Positions 28,285 through 37,869 of a stretch of DNA of 64,000 nucleotides are shown piece by piece. Under the pieces are notes generated by a model. That model did no database searches and was not told the origin of the DNA. It was given only the letters and a program-made list of their open reading frames with translations. A program made the position numbers and the translations under genes. This DNA comes from a virus (lineage: Duplodnaviria; Caudoviricetes), in the IMG/VR virus record IMGVR_UViG_3300029913_000001. One strand, given 5' to 3'. Within the stretch, counting starts at the first letter, position 1; the number at the start of each line of letters is the position of its first letter.

Positions 28285-29312
28285 AGTGATAAAGTTAATC
28301 CTACGTTAGGAGAGTATCCAATATAAGATACTGGTATTCCAAATCTATGCTCTATGTCCCAAATAAAAAATTTAGTTTTATCTGTTAAATCATCAAACCT
28401 TTTTGCATTAATATTCTCACAATCTAAATAATCAACAAAATTAATAGCTAATTTGGTTGGCCGATTAATTTCAATTGCTCTCTTTAATAATTCATAGTCA
28501 AATCGACCGACTCTTCTTAATTTTTTAGTAACCGTTGTATATTCCTTGATTGAATGAGAATACCCACTTTCCTCCTGTAGCGTTTCCCAATCAATTTCAT
28601 TATATAATGGCACAGCCTGCTGACCGGCTACTCTGATTGGAAAGGTTCGAAGTACCATAACTATTTCATTTACCAATAAAGGACTAATTCCGCATTCACT
28701 GATGCATCCCGACGCAGAAGTATCTCTAGAAGTTGCTTTAGGATAAAATCCGCCGTGATAAAGTGAGAGCCCAAATCCTTGGGTGCCTTCTACCAGAATA
28801 TTTTTACCATCATCGATACCTGTATTTATTTCCTTCGATGCATCAACTATAAAAGATTTAATTTCAGGAATATCTTTTGCTAATATAATATCATTACCAC
28901 GAAGAATCTTACGAGATACCGCCGCGCCAACGCCACATAATGTCGAACTAATATTAGTTCGCATATTAAGGTCATTTTCATCTCTAATATCTTGAGGCTG
29001 AATTATCATAGCATTTGCGTCGATACCAACTCGTTCTGGTCCTAATTTTAATAAATTTAATTCGGCTACCAGAACATCGATATCAATTAAACCTCCGGAC
29101 GGAATTAGCAATCTAGAGTTTAACCTAAGAATTCCGCTAGGTATTTGTCGAAGCACATGATTTACTCCATAATTATCGGTAAAACAATGTCCCGAATTTG
29201 GGCCGCCGCACCTAACACATATATCGATATTTTCTTTTTGCGTTATGAAAGAAGAAATTTTACCTTTTCCTTCAGAGCCAAACTGACCGCCAACAACTAC
29301 CCAAACGCCCAT
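28281..29312 (-). CDS. purZ: Short-form adenylosuccinate synthetase-family enzyme with PurZ/PurZ0 signature
   Basis: GGQFGSEGKG (Ser where PurA has Asp), GPNSGH, EGTQGFGLS, RTFPIRVAG, EYTTVTKKLRRVG and NFVDY; ATG at 29312 after AGGAG. Confidence 0.65.
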   Translation of the reverse strand: MGVWVVVGGQFGSEGKGKISSFITQKENIDICVRCGGPNSGHCFTDNYGVNHVLRQIPSGILRLNSRLLIPSGGLIDIDVLVAELNLLKLGPERVGIDANAMIIQPQDIRDENDLNMRTNISSTLCGVGAAVSRKILRGNDIILAKDIPEIKSFIVDASKEINTGIDDGKNILVEGTQGFGLSLYHGGFYPKATSRDTSASGCISECGISPLLVNEIVMVLRTFPIRVAGQQAVPLYNEIDWETLQEESGYSHSIKEYTTVTKKLRRVGRFDYELLKRAIEINRPTKLAINFVDYLDCENINAKRFDDLTDKTKFFIWDIEHRFGIPVSYIGYSPNVGLTLSL

Positions 29313-29313
29313 A

Positions 29314-30306
29314 TTAACTCCTAGGAAAAGCCGTTCCAAGCAACTGAGAAAAATAATTTGCCTGGTCACTAATTTTATTTAACTCATACTTCCCACAGAA
29401 TTTTAAAAAGTGAAATCCTAGCTGAGGGACCGACTTTGGTTCACACGCATCGGCTATTGTTTCAGAAATTACCGTACATATTTCATCCGGTTGTTTAGAC
29501 AAATCAACTAATCCCACATTACGGTTGTAATCATCTAACACTCGATGCTCTAGGCCCTCATGATCTGTCCAACGAGTTAACATAAAAGCATTCCAAGAAA
29601 ATCCCTGTCTATTTCGATCATCAAACGCTTCTTGCATACCCACTTTATTCTTTGATCCTTTTTTACGAGCTCCCGGGTAGGCGGCGAATACATTATCTGT
29701 TACGCAACCACGCACCGCTTTCTCAAATACAGACCAGTGTGGGTCATCTGGCATTTTTGGAGAGCCGGTTTTTTTATCTTTTACAGGATTATTTTTATAA
29801 TCAAAAATACCGTTAAGTGTAATAGTTTGATCCATAATACCATCATACATTGTAACATTGTCGGCGAGTAGCTGAACAAAATCTTTATCCGAACTTACAA
29901 CAATATGGGCATCATCAGGATGGGACTGAATAAATCCAGCTACCAAATCATCGGCTTCTAAAATGGGATTATATAAAACAGTGCAATTGGTACGCTCAGT
30001 TATAAACTTTTGAAAATCGGAAAACGCCGAATAAAAAATAGTGTCTAATTCTTGCTGTGCCGGCGTCGCTAGCGCTCTTTTTTCCGCGCGATTTCTTTTA
30101 TATGGAGCGTAAACCGATTTCCTCCACGATTTTCCATCAAATGCAAAAATTATATGGTCGGCTTTCTGCACTCGCCATAACTTTCCCAAACTTGCGAAAA
30201 TAATATGCAGACACATACCGGCAATTTCGTCAGGTGTTCCTTTAACCGTGTACTTGGACCGGTTAAATAAATGGGATGCGTCAACAATTAAAAATGTATT
30301 CTTCAT
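29314..30306 (-). CDS. rnh: 5'-3' exonuclease / T4 RNase H
   Basis: LIVDAS, FAFDGKSWRK, YKRNR, LEADD, SSDKDFVQL and DNV motifs. Confidence 0.9.
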   Translation of the reverse strand: MKNTFLIVDASHLFNRSKYTVKGTPDEIAGMCLHIIFASLGKLWRVQKADHIIFAFDGKSWRKSVYAPYKRNRAEKRALATPAQQELDTIFYSAFSDFQKFITERTNCTVLYNPILEADDLVAGFIQSHPDDAHIVVSSDKDFVQLLADNVTMYDGIMDQTITLNGIFDYKNNPVKDKKTGSPKMPDDPHWSVFEKAVRGCVTDNVFAAYPGARKKGSKNKVGMQEAFDDRNRQGFSWNAFMLTRWTDHEGLEHRVLDDYNRNVGLVDLSKQPDEICTVISETIADACEPKSVPQLGFHFLKFCGKYELNKISDQANYFSQLLGTAFPRS

Positions 30307-30309
30307 TAG

Positions 30310-30795
30310 TTAGTCCTTATCTTCATAATCACCATAATACTTTTTTGCAAGACGAGCTAAAATAATAAGGGCTTGATCAAATGTGGCCGCGCCGCAATCA
30401 AGACGAATATCATGAATATGCTGCAAACATGGTTTTTCGCGACAGCCTTGCTCCCAACATTCTGCTGTCGTCCATTCCATCGGACCAAATTCTAACCAAC
30501 ATTCAACATTCTTATTAAGAGATTTATCCTTATTAACAACTCGGGAATCATCTACTTTAGTATAATGAATATCGAAATTTTCTTGAATAGAATGATGGAA
30601 AACTCGATCAAATCGTTCCTGATATAATTTCGTGCCATCTGCTTTTTCAAACGCAACATATCTATTATCGCTACGAAGCCCAAGATCCTTGACTCCAATA
30701 AGAACATCCGAACGGTATTCAACCATAAATTTCGGATGTTTGTGAAGAAACCAATATGCATCGTACGAATTTTTAATGATGTGCTTTTTACTCAT
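30310..30795 (-). CDS. Hypothetical protein
   Basis: Intact 161-aa ORF in the operon. Confidence 0.6.
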   Translation of the reverse strand: MSKKHIIKNSYDAYWFLHKHPKFMVEYRSDVLIGVKDLGLRSDNRYVAFEKADGTKLYQERFDRVFHHSIQENFDIHYTKVDDSRVVNKDKSLNKNVECWLEFGPMEWTTAECWEQGCREKPCLQHIHDIRLDCGAATFDQALIILARLAKKYYGDYEDKD

Positions 30796-30826
30796 AAAAT
30801 TATTATATACTTTCTAACTTTAAAAT

Positions 30827-31198
30827 TCAATAATTTTCTGATCTACCATTCTCTATTAATTTCTTTTTTATCATTCGACGTTTATCAGGATCGGCAATTT
30901 CTTGTTCAAATTCATCTGTGAACATGCTGTAACTTATCTGTCGAAACCAAGAATCAACCATTTCTTGATCGTTATGTCCTCGATATCCATATTTAATTAA
31001 TCGAGCGATAAAAATGTCATTCCAATCCAACTCAAAAGACCCCTCAGATAAATTATCCGGGTCTATGTCGAAATGAACAATTCCAACCCAGGGTTCTTTC
31101 GCAGCGGTTGCAGCATTTTTTTCGGCTAATAAATCTTTTGATAATTTCGCAGACCTATGTTTCTTAAATATTTTTCTTAACTTCGCACGTATTGACAT
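30827..31198 (-). CDS. Hypothetical protein
   Basis: EPWV...FELDWND.FI..L...GY.G...VD.WF; intact ORF in operon. Confidence 0.65.
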   Translation of the reverse strand: MSIRAKLRKIFKKHRSAKLSKDLLAEKNAATAAKEPWVGIVHFDIDPDNLSEGSFELDWNDIFIARLIKYGYRGHNDQEMVDSWFRQISYSMFTDEFEQEIADPDKRRMIKKKLIENGRSENY

Positions 31199-31200
31199 TT

Positions 31201-32052
31201 CTAACTACCCCATACATTTTTCCAGAGTTCAACCTGGAGTCTCGGTGAATATCTATACCCATTTGTGATCGCCAATTCAGCAACTCTTTTATTTGTTAAA
31301 TTATACGTTTCGGTGGTTCCCCCGACTGGCATGACATACACCGAACCGGTAAACCCAGCATCTCGATATTCTTTCACCGCTAATTTTGCATCGTCGAAAT
31401 CTTCTTCGGTCCCGACAACAAACTTCAAATATGTTCTACTACCAGGAATCATTGTATATCCTATAACTACCTTAGGTTTAATAGATGACTCCCAGGTTTC
31501 ACCTGAGCAAGGCAATTTTGCGCTAACCGAAAAAGTAGTTTCTAACTTGCTATTATTAAAGTGCCGACAAAGAGCCATTCTTAGTTCACTAGTAATTTCC
31601 ATCGTACCATTCGTTTCAAAAGTGAGATGTGTTAAGCCCATATCGCGTTTAACAAATTCATCTAACAATTCTGGGTATTGTTTTTGCCAGGCCAATAATG
31701 GTTCTCCACCAGTTAAAATTAAATGGCAATCCTGATTAAATTTCCCGTTATGCAATAATAGCTGAATACGATCTGCAATTTGTGATATCGTTTGTTCTGG
31801 ACTAAAATCCTTAAATCGTGGATCCCACGACATATAGGAATCGCAGCCTGTAGAAACCAATGGAGCATCTTCATATTTTGTCAATTGTTCGGGTAAAATT
31901 GTAAAGCGTTCTACACTTTTTTCGCCGCGCGGCATTGAGAAGCCTTCGCACTTTTTATTGCAGCCAAATACCCTTAGAAAAATTGAAGGAACCCCCTGAT
32001 ACATTCCTTCTCCCTGAAGCGATTCGAAAATTTCACCAACCTTAATTGCCAT
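31201..32052 (-). CDS. queE: 7-carboxy-7-deazaguanine synthase (radical SAM)
   Basis: EIFESLQGEG, FLRVFGCNKKC...CDS, LTGGEPLL, FETNGT and SPRLQV motifs. Confidence 0.88.
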   Translation of the reverse strand: MAIKVGEIFESLQGEGMYQGVPSIFLRVFGCNKKCEGFSMPRGEKSVERFTILPEQLTKYEDAPLVSTGCDSYMSWDPRFKDFSPEQTISQIADRIQLLLHNGKFNQDCHLILTGGEPLLAWQKQYPELLDEFVKRDMGLTHLTFETNGTMEITSELRMALCRHFNNSKLETTFSVSAKLPCSGETWESSIKPKVVIGYTMIPGSRTYLKFVVGTEEDFDDAKLAVKEYRDAGFTGSVYVMPVGGTTETYNLTNKRVAELAITNGYRYSPRLQVELWKNVWGS

Positions 32053-32059
32053 AATTCTC

Positions 32060-32590
32060 CTAATTTACATAAATCAACTTAATTTTGGTTTCATCAAACA
32101 TCGAAAGTGAAATTTTAAAATCCTCACCCCATCGAGGATGATCTACGTCTGGGTTAATGCACGAAATTTCTTTAATACCGGCTTGAATAATTGCTCCTGC
32201 ACAACCTTAGCAAGGAAACCAATCTAATGCAATCCCCATTCCTTCTAGCGACGTTCCGAGACGAGCTGCATTATAAATTGCATTCGTTTCGGCATGAACA
32301 GTATATTTGTATTTTAACGGACGCTCATTTCTTTCATCTATTTTCTTAATTGCTTCGAGGCGAACTGCACGCGGAATTGAACAACCCACTTGACGTTCGC
32401 GTTCTTGTAATTTCAAGTCAAATGCCTCTCCTGAATCGTATACTCCTCTAGGAAACCCGTTATATCCAATACTAACGATTGAATTAGTAGTTGGATTGTA
32501 AATTACGGCGCCAACCTTTGAGGATGTATCTTTGCTCCACTTAGCAAAAAATGATGCAGCCTCTACAAATCTTTTATTCCAATTAATCAT
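32060..32590 (-). pseudogene. dCMP deaminase with one in-frame TAA in the PCxxC motif
   Basis: KVGAVI, GYNGFPRG and HAETNAI motifs; WFPC*GCAGAIIQAGI...RWGEDF continues in frame to TAG at 32060-32062. Confidence 0.85.
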
Positions 32591-33645
32591 TATTTAAAAA
32601 ACCTCATCATACCGTGTGAACTAAAAAACTTTGAATATGAATTATCCAAATAATTTTGGGTAGCAGATCGATCATACAATGAAAGAATAAGTCGTATTCG
32701 CTCGACTAAATTCATTCGATTTCTTTCATAAGATTTCCAATTTTCTGTCCACACAGACGGATACAAAAAATCTCGATCATGCTTAAAAATTTCTGAATAA
32801 CTTAATCTATCCGGGGCAATTGGTATTGCACCTAAAATTGGTCCCTCGGATCCCATCGAAATACCCAAGGTTTCCTGCAATGCCGCGGAAAAAACAATTT
32901 TACTCTTTGCCAGCAAAGTATGATACTCATGTTTACTTAGCGGTGTATCTTGGCAAACAATAAATTTCATCTCTGGAATATATTTAGCAAGATCTCGAAA
33001 AATTTCAACTTGCTTTTCTGGTGCGATTCGATGGGGAAATAAAATAATATCTTCTTTTGGAATCGTTTGATATGGTTTTAATACATCAACCATATATTCA
33101 TAAGGATGCCCGCATCGAATAATTCTTAATGGTCCAATATCTTCACCTGTATGCGGATATGCTTTGAGGAATAAATCCTTATGATAATTGGTTGCAAAAT
33201 ATACATGATCATATGCAAAAAACATGCTCTGCTCTGCATACTGAATCCATTTTTTTGGACCAATTAATCTTCCGAGAAAATCTTGAGAGTCATAATTTCC
33301 TGCATGTATCTGGGCATGAAGTGTTACTGGAATACCCAGTAATTCACTCATATATTTTACATTAATTACTGAGGGATTCCAAAAATCAGTAAACAGAAAA
33401 TGATCACCGGCTTTAATAATGCCATCACAAAACATTCTACTAATCTGTTCAAGCTGATTACTTTTCCAGGCATTTGTTCCACCGAAGTTTAAAAATGCTC
33501 CTGGAGTAGTTGCCTCTGGGATGTTAGTTGGGCCAGTTATAACCGTTACATCAAATCCTTTTGATCGAAGTAACTTTGGAATATGAACGCTCCACTGGGA
33601 AGTGTAACGATTTTCCAAACTTTCGAGTTCAACAATATATATCAT
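32590..33645 (-). CDS. GT-B fold glycosyltransferase
   Basis: HFLFTDFWNP, HAGNYD, LFPHRIAPEKQ, QETLGI and PDRLSYSE motifs; TAATG coupling to the deaminase gene. Confidence 0.75.
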   Translation of the reverse strand: MIYIVELESLENRYTSQWSVHIPKLLRSKGFDVTVITGPTNIPEATTPGAFLNFGGTNAWKSNQLEQISRMFCDGIIKAGDHFLFTDFWNPSVINVKYMSELLGIPVTLHAQIHAGNYDSQDFLGRLIGPKKWIQYAEQSMFFAYDHVYFATNYHKDLFLKAYPHTGEDIGPLRIIRCGHPYEYMVDVLKPYQTIPKEDIILFPHRIAPEKQVEIFRDLAKYIPEMKFIVCQDTPLSKHEYHTLLAKSKIVFSAALQETLGISMGSEGPILGAIPIAPDRLSYSEIFKHDRDFLYPSVWTENWKSYERNRMNLVERIRLILSLYDRSATQNYLDNSYSKFFSSHGMMRFFK

Positions 33646-33653
33646 AATTAATC

Positions 33654-34106
33654 CTATTGGATAAATTCCATATGAGCGCCGTTTTCTCCATCTTCGGAAA
33701 TATCAATAATTACATCTCTGCTAGGATATCTTTCCTCAATCTGAATAAACAAATCCTCACACATCATTTCACAGGATCTATAATCCAATTTAAGAATTTT
33801 ATCATCATAAAAACTTTCGAGCCACTGTTTAAAAAGGATAAATTCTATATCTCGATCGTTCGAATTAACAGAAATTTGAACTTTAAAATGGAAAATATGC
33901 CGATGAGGTGAAGCAAGATAAGAAACTTTTTCTAACGCAGGATCGTCTGCTGCGGCAGGATAATAATGAATGCCAGATTTTTGGAATGTAACCCAGATAA
34001 ATTTATTTACATTTGATAATCTAAGAGCTTGATTATTCTTATTTGCTATTTTAATAGCAGATACTATTAATGCTTGTTCCTCTTCAAGAGTGTTTTTATT
34101 TACCAT
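33654..34106 (-). CDS. QueD-like T-fold protein with LxxxHRHxF motif (DpdL-like)
   Basis: YLASPHRHIFHF, RDIEF, SCEM and EDGENGA motifs. Confidence 0.7.
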   Translation of the reverse strand: MVNKNTLEEEQALIVSAIKIANKNNQALRLSNVNKFIWVTFQKSGIHYYPAAADDPALEKVSYLASPHRHIFHFKVQISVNSNDRDIEFILFKQWLESFYDDKILKLDYRSCEMMCEDLFIQIEERYPSRDVIIDISEDGENGAHMEFIQ

Positions 34107-34993
34107 TTAATATATCCTCTTCCATAATTCTTTGGCCTATTTAAGGCATCGCTGAATGCTTTCTGCCATTCACTATTACGATCATAACAGGTAGTCCAGA
34201 ATTTGTCAATGTCTAAATAATTTGATTCAATATAGAGTCTAGCCTTATGCATTGCATCTAGAAAACATGATGCTCTGGGACTAGGGTGAACCACAACAGC
34301 AGAGGCCCAATCCATTTGAGAAGTATCCATCTTTTTACCAACCGCATTAATAATCAAAGCTTCGTTATTCAAAATATTTTCCGAGGAAGTTTCATTGCCA
34401 GCTCGAATATCAATGATTATATCATAGCTATCAGAATGTCGTTCATTAAGAGTTATACCTTCCGATAGCCAAATATCTAAATTACTATGCCCATCAATAT
34501 CAATAACTCCGATATTATTATATAGTTTTAATGTCTGATAGGCAACATATGCAAGAAATCCAGTTCCTAATATTAAAATATTTTTACTATAATAAATCTT
34601 ATCCGGCATTAATGTACACGGAAATAATATCAAATTAATTCCGCACGCAACCGGTTCTAAGATGTATTTCGGCGCAGCTTCTGGAACAAATACATATTCA
34701 TTTGCACGAACGTTATAAAAATCTGAATATGCAGGCTCGCCGCGAGTCGCGACATAATCTCCAACGCTGATATCCTTTATATCCTTACCAACTTTTGTTA
34801 CCTGTCCCAAACCTTCATGTCCGGACATAGTATAAGGTAAGGTAAATTTACCTTGCATCATTGCAATATCACTGCGACATATACCGGTCATTATACTTTT
34901 AACTTCAATTTGATTGCTATCTGGCTCGGGTTTATCCCAAAACATTTCTCGAAACTTATCGTCCCCATCTGTTACTAATAATCGAGTTTTCAT
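34100..34993 (-). CDS. Zn-dependent medium-chain dehydrogenase
   Basis: GICRSD and GHEGLG catalytic Zn ligands, EPVAC, GTGFLA Rossmann loop. Confidence 0.85.
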   Translation of the reverse strand: MKTRLLVTDGDDKFREMFWDKPEPDSNQIEVKSIMTGICRSDIAMMQGKFTLPYTMSGHEGLGQVTKVGKDIKDISVGDYVATRGEPAYSDFYNVRANEYVFVPEAAPKYILEPVACGINLILFPCTLMPDKIYYSKNILILGTGFLAYVAYQTLKLYNNIGVIDIDGHSNLDIWLSEGITLNERHSDSYDIIIDIRAGNETSSENILNNEALIINAVGKKMDTSQMDWASAVVVHPSPRASCFLDAMHKARLYIESNYLDIDKFWTTCYDRNSEWQKAFSDALNRPKNYGRGYIKW

Positions 34994-35037
34994 TTATACC
35001 TTATCTAAAATCACTATTTGATTATTTTCGGCATCAT

Positions 35038-35910
35038 TTATAGCGTATGTAAAAACCTATCAATTTTATATTGGTTATACCAAAAATCTTCATTATCAAA
35101 ATTATGAAGACAATCTAAAATCATTGATTCATATGCTTCTTCTGGACAAAGACCCAATGGAAAGAAATCTTTTCCATTGAAAAAAATACCAATTCGATCT
35201 GGTTCGTTTGTTTTCCACGCGGCATCTAAAATATATGTTTTCCCGCAAATATCGGCTACAATTTTTGCAGTATCGTCCACATCATATACTCCGTTTTCAT
35301 TTACCGGTCCATAATCAGAACCATCGTGCGCAATAGTTTTTAAATCCCAAACCTGACGTTTAATATTCTCAACAACGGTGCAATACTCCCAATTTGCACC
35401 GGCTAGTGCAATCATAATGCTAGCAAGATGTGGAAGAATATCCTTACTAATTCCACCAAGAGATTTTGCTTTTTCAGTAAACCACGAACCCGGGCGAGGA
35501 ACTCTATTCTTAGTTCGCCACTCGATATCTATTATCTCTGTTTTTGCCGCTCGTTCGATTAACGCCGGAATTTCTTTTCGCCACATATTATTTTTAGTCA
35601 TAGTAATTCGAGTGTTAGGATTTAATCCTACCAATCGATTCCATCGTAATTGGCTTTGCACTCCCGGCTTTTCGACGAATACAATATCCGTTTTAGCTGC
35701 AATTTTTTCAGCTATATCTTCATGCAAATAATTAGGAACACAAATATGGGCTATATCAAAATGCATTGTACTTGGAATCTGTTCAACCGAAGTATAATCC
35801 GGAAACTTCAAAACATCGGGATCTACTCTAATAATAGTAGATCCCGCTCGTTCGTAAATTGGCCTATATACAGCATCGCCAAAACCACAACCAACAATTA
35901 ATATATTCAT
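35038..35910 (-). CDS. Gfo/Idh/MocA-family oxidoreductase
   Basis: IVGCGFG, ICVPNYLH, VFVEKPG and GGI..D..PH motifs. Confidence 0.85.
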   Translation of the reverse strand: MNILIVGCGFGDAVYRPIYERAGSTIIRVDPDVLKFPDYTSVEQIPSTMHFDIAHICVPNYLHEDIAEKIAAKTDIVFVEKPGVQSQLRWNRLVGLNPNTRITMTKNNMWRKEIPALIERAAKTEIIDIEWRTKNRVPRPGSWFTEKAKSLGGISKDILPHLASIMIALAGANWEYCTVVENIKRQVWDLKTIAHDGSDYGPVNENGVYDVDDTAKIVADICGKTYILDAAWKTNEPDRIGIFFNGKDFFPLGLCPEEAYESMILDCLHNFDNEDFWYNQYKIDRFLHTL

Positions 35911-35912
35911 TA

Positions 35913-36608
35913 TTAACCTTTCATAGATGCAACAATATGAAAAAATTCATCCTTTTGGGATTGTGATTCCCTGATAGAACCGCGTACAACACTTGTTGTA
36001 AATGCGCTTTCAGCAGCCTGAACGCCGCGCTCTGTAAGACATCCATGAGATGCCTTAATTAGTACGGCTACACCCTTTGCTTCTGTAATACGTTCAATTT
36101 CATCTGCTATCTGAACCGTTAATTCTTCTTGAATAGTTGGACGATTTGAAAACCATTCCGTAATGCGATTAAATTTAGATAATCCAATTACTTTCTTACC
36201 GGGGAAAACACCGATATATGCAACACCGGTAATATTTTGGAAATGGTGGGCACAAACCGAATGAATTGCTATTGGTCCTGCTACTAATAATTGATCATAT
36301 TCTTTTGCGTTCGGAAAACTAGTAACCTTAGGCTCTGGCAAATAACGCCCACTAAGAGTTTCAGTAATATACATCTTAGCCATACGGTGAGCGGTATCTT
36401 TTGTATTATGATCGTTACGAGTATCTATTACTAGACTAGATAATACCGATTCCATTTTCCTTGCTACTTCGTCTTCTAATAAATGTAATTCGGGGGGATT
36501 GATAAATTTACTAATATTATCCGTTGATTTAAAATTTGCATTTGCTCGAGTAATACGTTCTTTAATAACCTCGGAAATACAAACCGTTCCTTCTACAATA
36601 TTCTGCAT
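35913..36608 (-). CDS. folE: GTP cyclohydrolase I
   Basis: TAHRMAKMY, SVCAHH, GLSKFNRI, IQEELT and HGCLTERGV motifs. Confidence 0.93.
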   Translation of the reverse strand: MQNIVEGTVCISEVIKERITRANANFKSTDNISKFINPPELHLLEDEVARKMESVLSSLVIDTRNDHNTKDTAHRMAKMYITETLSGRYLPEPKVTSFPNAKEYDQLLVAGPIAIHSVCAHHFQNITGVAYIGVFPGKKVIGLSKFNRITEWFSNRPTIQEELTVQIADEIERITEAKGVAVLIKASHGCLTERGVQAAESAFTTSVVRGSIRESQSQKDEFFHIVASMKG

Positions 36609-36635
36609 TATTATCCTTTTTATTCGATATAATTA

Positions 36636-36664
36636 ATTATAAACCATAAAATAGTATTTGTCAA
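36636..36664 (-). promoter_or_regulatory. sigma70 consensus promoter for the folE operon
   Basis: TTGACA-17 nt-TATAAT. Confidence 0.9.
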
Positions 36665-36736
36665 ACATGAATAAATAATGTTGGCCACTACGCTAAGAAC
36701 GTATGCCAACTCTAAAGCCCCAAGGAGGCAATCAGC

Positions 36737-37869
36737 ATGGATATTTATTCAGACAAAACTATCAACTTCGTATTATGTTCTATGAAAATTCATCATGGAA
36801 AATATTCTTATCCTCAAACCATATTTCGAATTAACACCGAAAAAGTAATTATAACATGCCCTATACACGGAGATTTTCAGCAAACACCCAAGATGCATCT
36901 TAACGGTACTAACTGCCGATTATGCTCTTATAAAAATAACTCTGAAAAGTATACAAGAACAAAAGAACAATTCATTAATTTAGCCAATAAAAAACATTTG
37001 AACAAATATTCATATGATAAATCAATATATGTAGGCTGCAAAATTCCATTAATAATTACCTGCCCTATACACGGAGATTTTCAGCAACTACCGGCCAATC
37101 ATTTGATAGAAAGTGGTTGTTCCTATTGTTCTCATGGTGCGGTACGGCAAATTTTATTCGAAAGGCAAATATAATTCATAAAAAATTCTATACATATCAA
37201 GATTCGGACTGTAGGGGCAGTGAAATACCATTAACTATTACCTGTCCCATTCATGGAAATTTTAGTCAGAAACCAGTTAATCATCTTCGTGGCAGTGGTT
37301 GTCCTGTATGTGGCCGGGATCGAACTACCTGGAATTTAAATGATTTTCTATTAACAGCTAATAAATTACATAATAAATATTATTCTTATGAAAAAATTAT
37401 TTGGCGCGGTGCACAAGAAAAAATTGAAATTATTTGTCCAAAGCACGGATCTTTTTACCAAAAAGCATACGGTCATATATATGGTGCCGGTTGCCCAAAA
37501 TGCCATCTAAGCCACGGTGAAAGAGTAGTTGAAAAATACCTATCAGAAAATCATATAATATTTTCTGTGCAAATTAAAATTCCAGAATGACGTGACAAAA
37601 AATCGATGCCATTTGATTTCGGTATTTTTAATTCTTCAAATAAATTATTAGGACTTATCGAATATCAAGGAGGTCATCATTATCTTAAAGTTAAATGGAA
37701 TAAAAACATGACAGAACTTGAGGCTGAAAGACGATTAAAGAAAGTTCAACATCATGATAAGCTAAAAATGGAATTTTGCCAGAAAAATAATATTCCATTT
37801 TTAGCTATTCACTATCAAGATAATGTTTCTGCGGTACTTTCAAAATTTATTACTCGTATAAATTATTAA
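36737..37869 (+). pseudogene. Disrupted free-standing endonuclease (repeated CPIHG zinc-finger units plus PD-(D/E)XK domain) inserted antisense between dpdA and folE
   Basis: Four TCPxHGxFxQ units; frameshift near 37150; in-frame TGA at 37588-37590 (KIPE*RDKKSMPFDF); IEYQGGHHY; late promoter ATAAATA at 36671. Confidence 0.8.
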
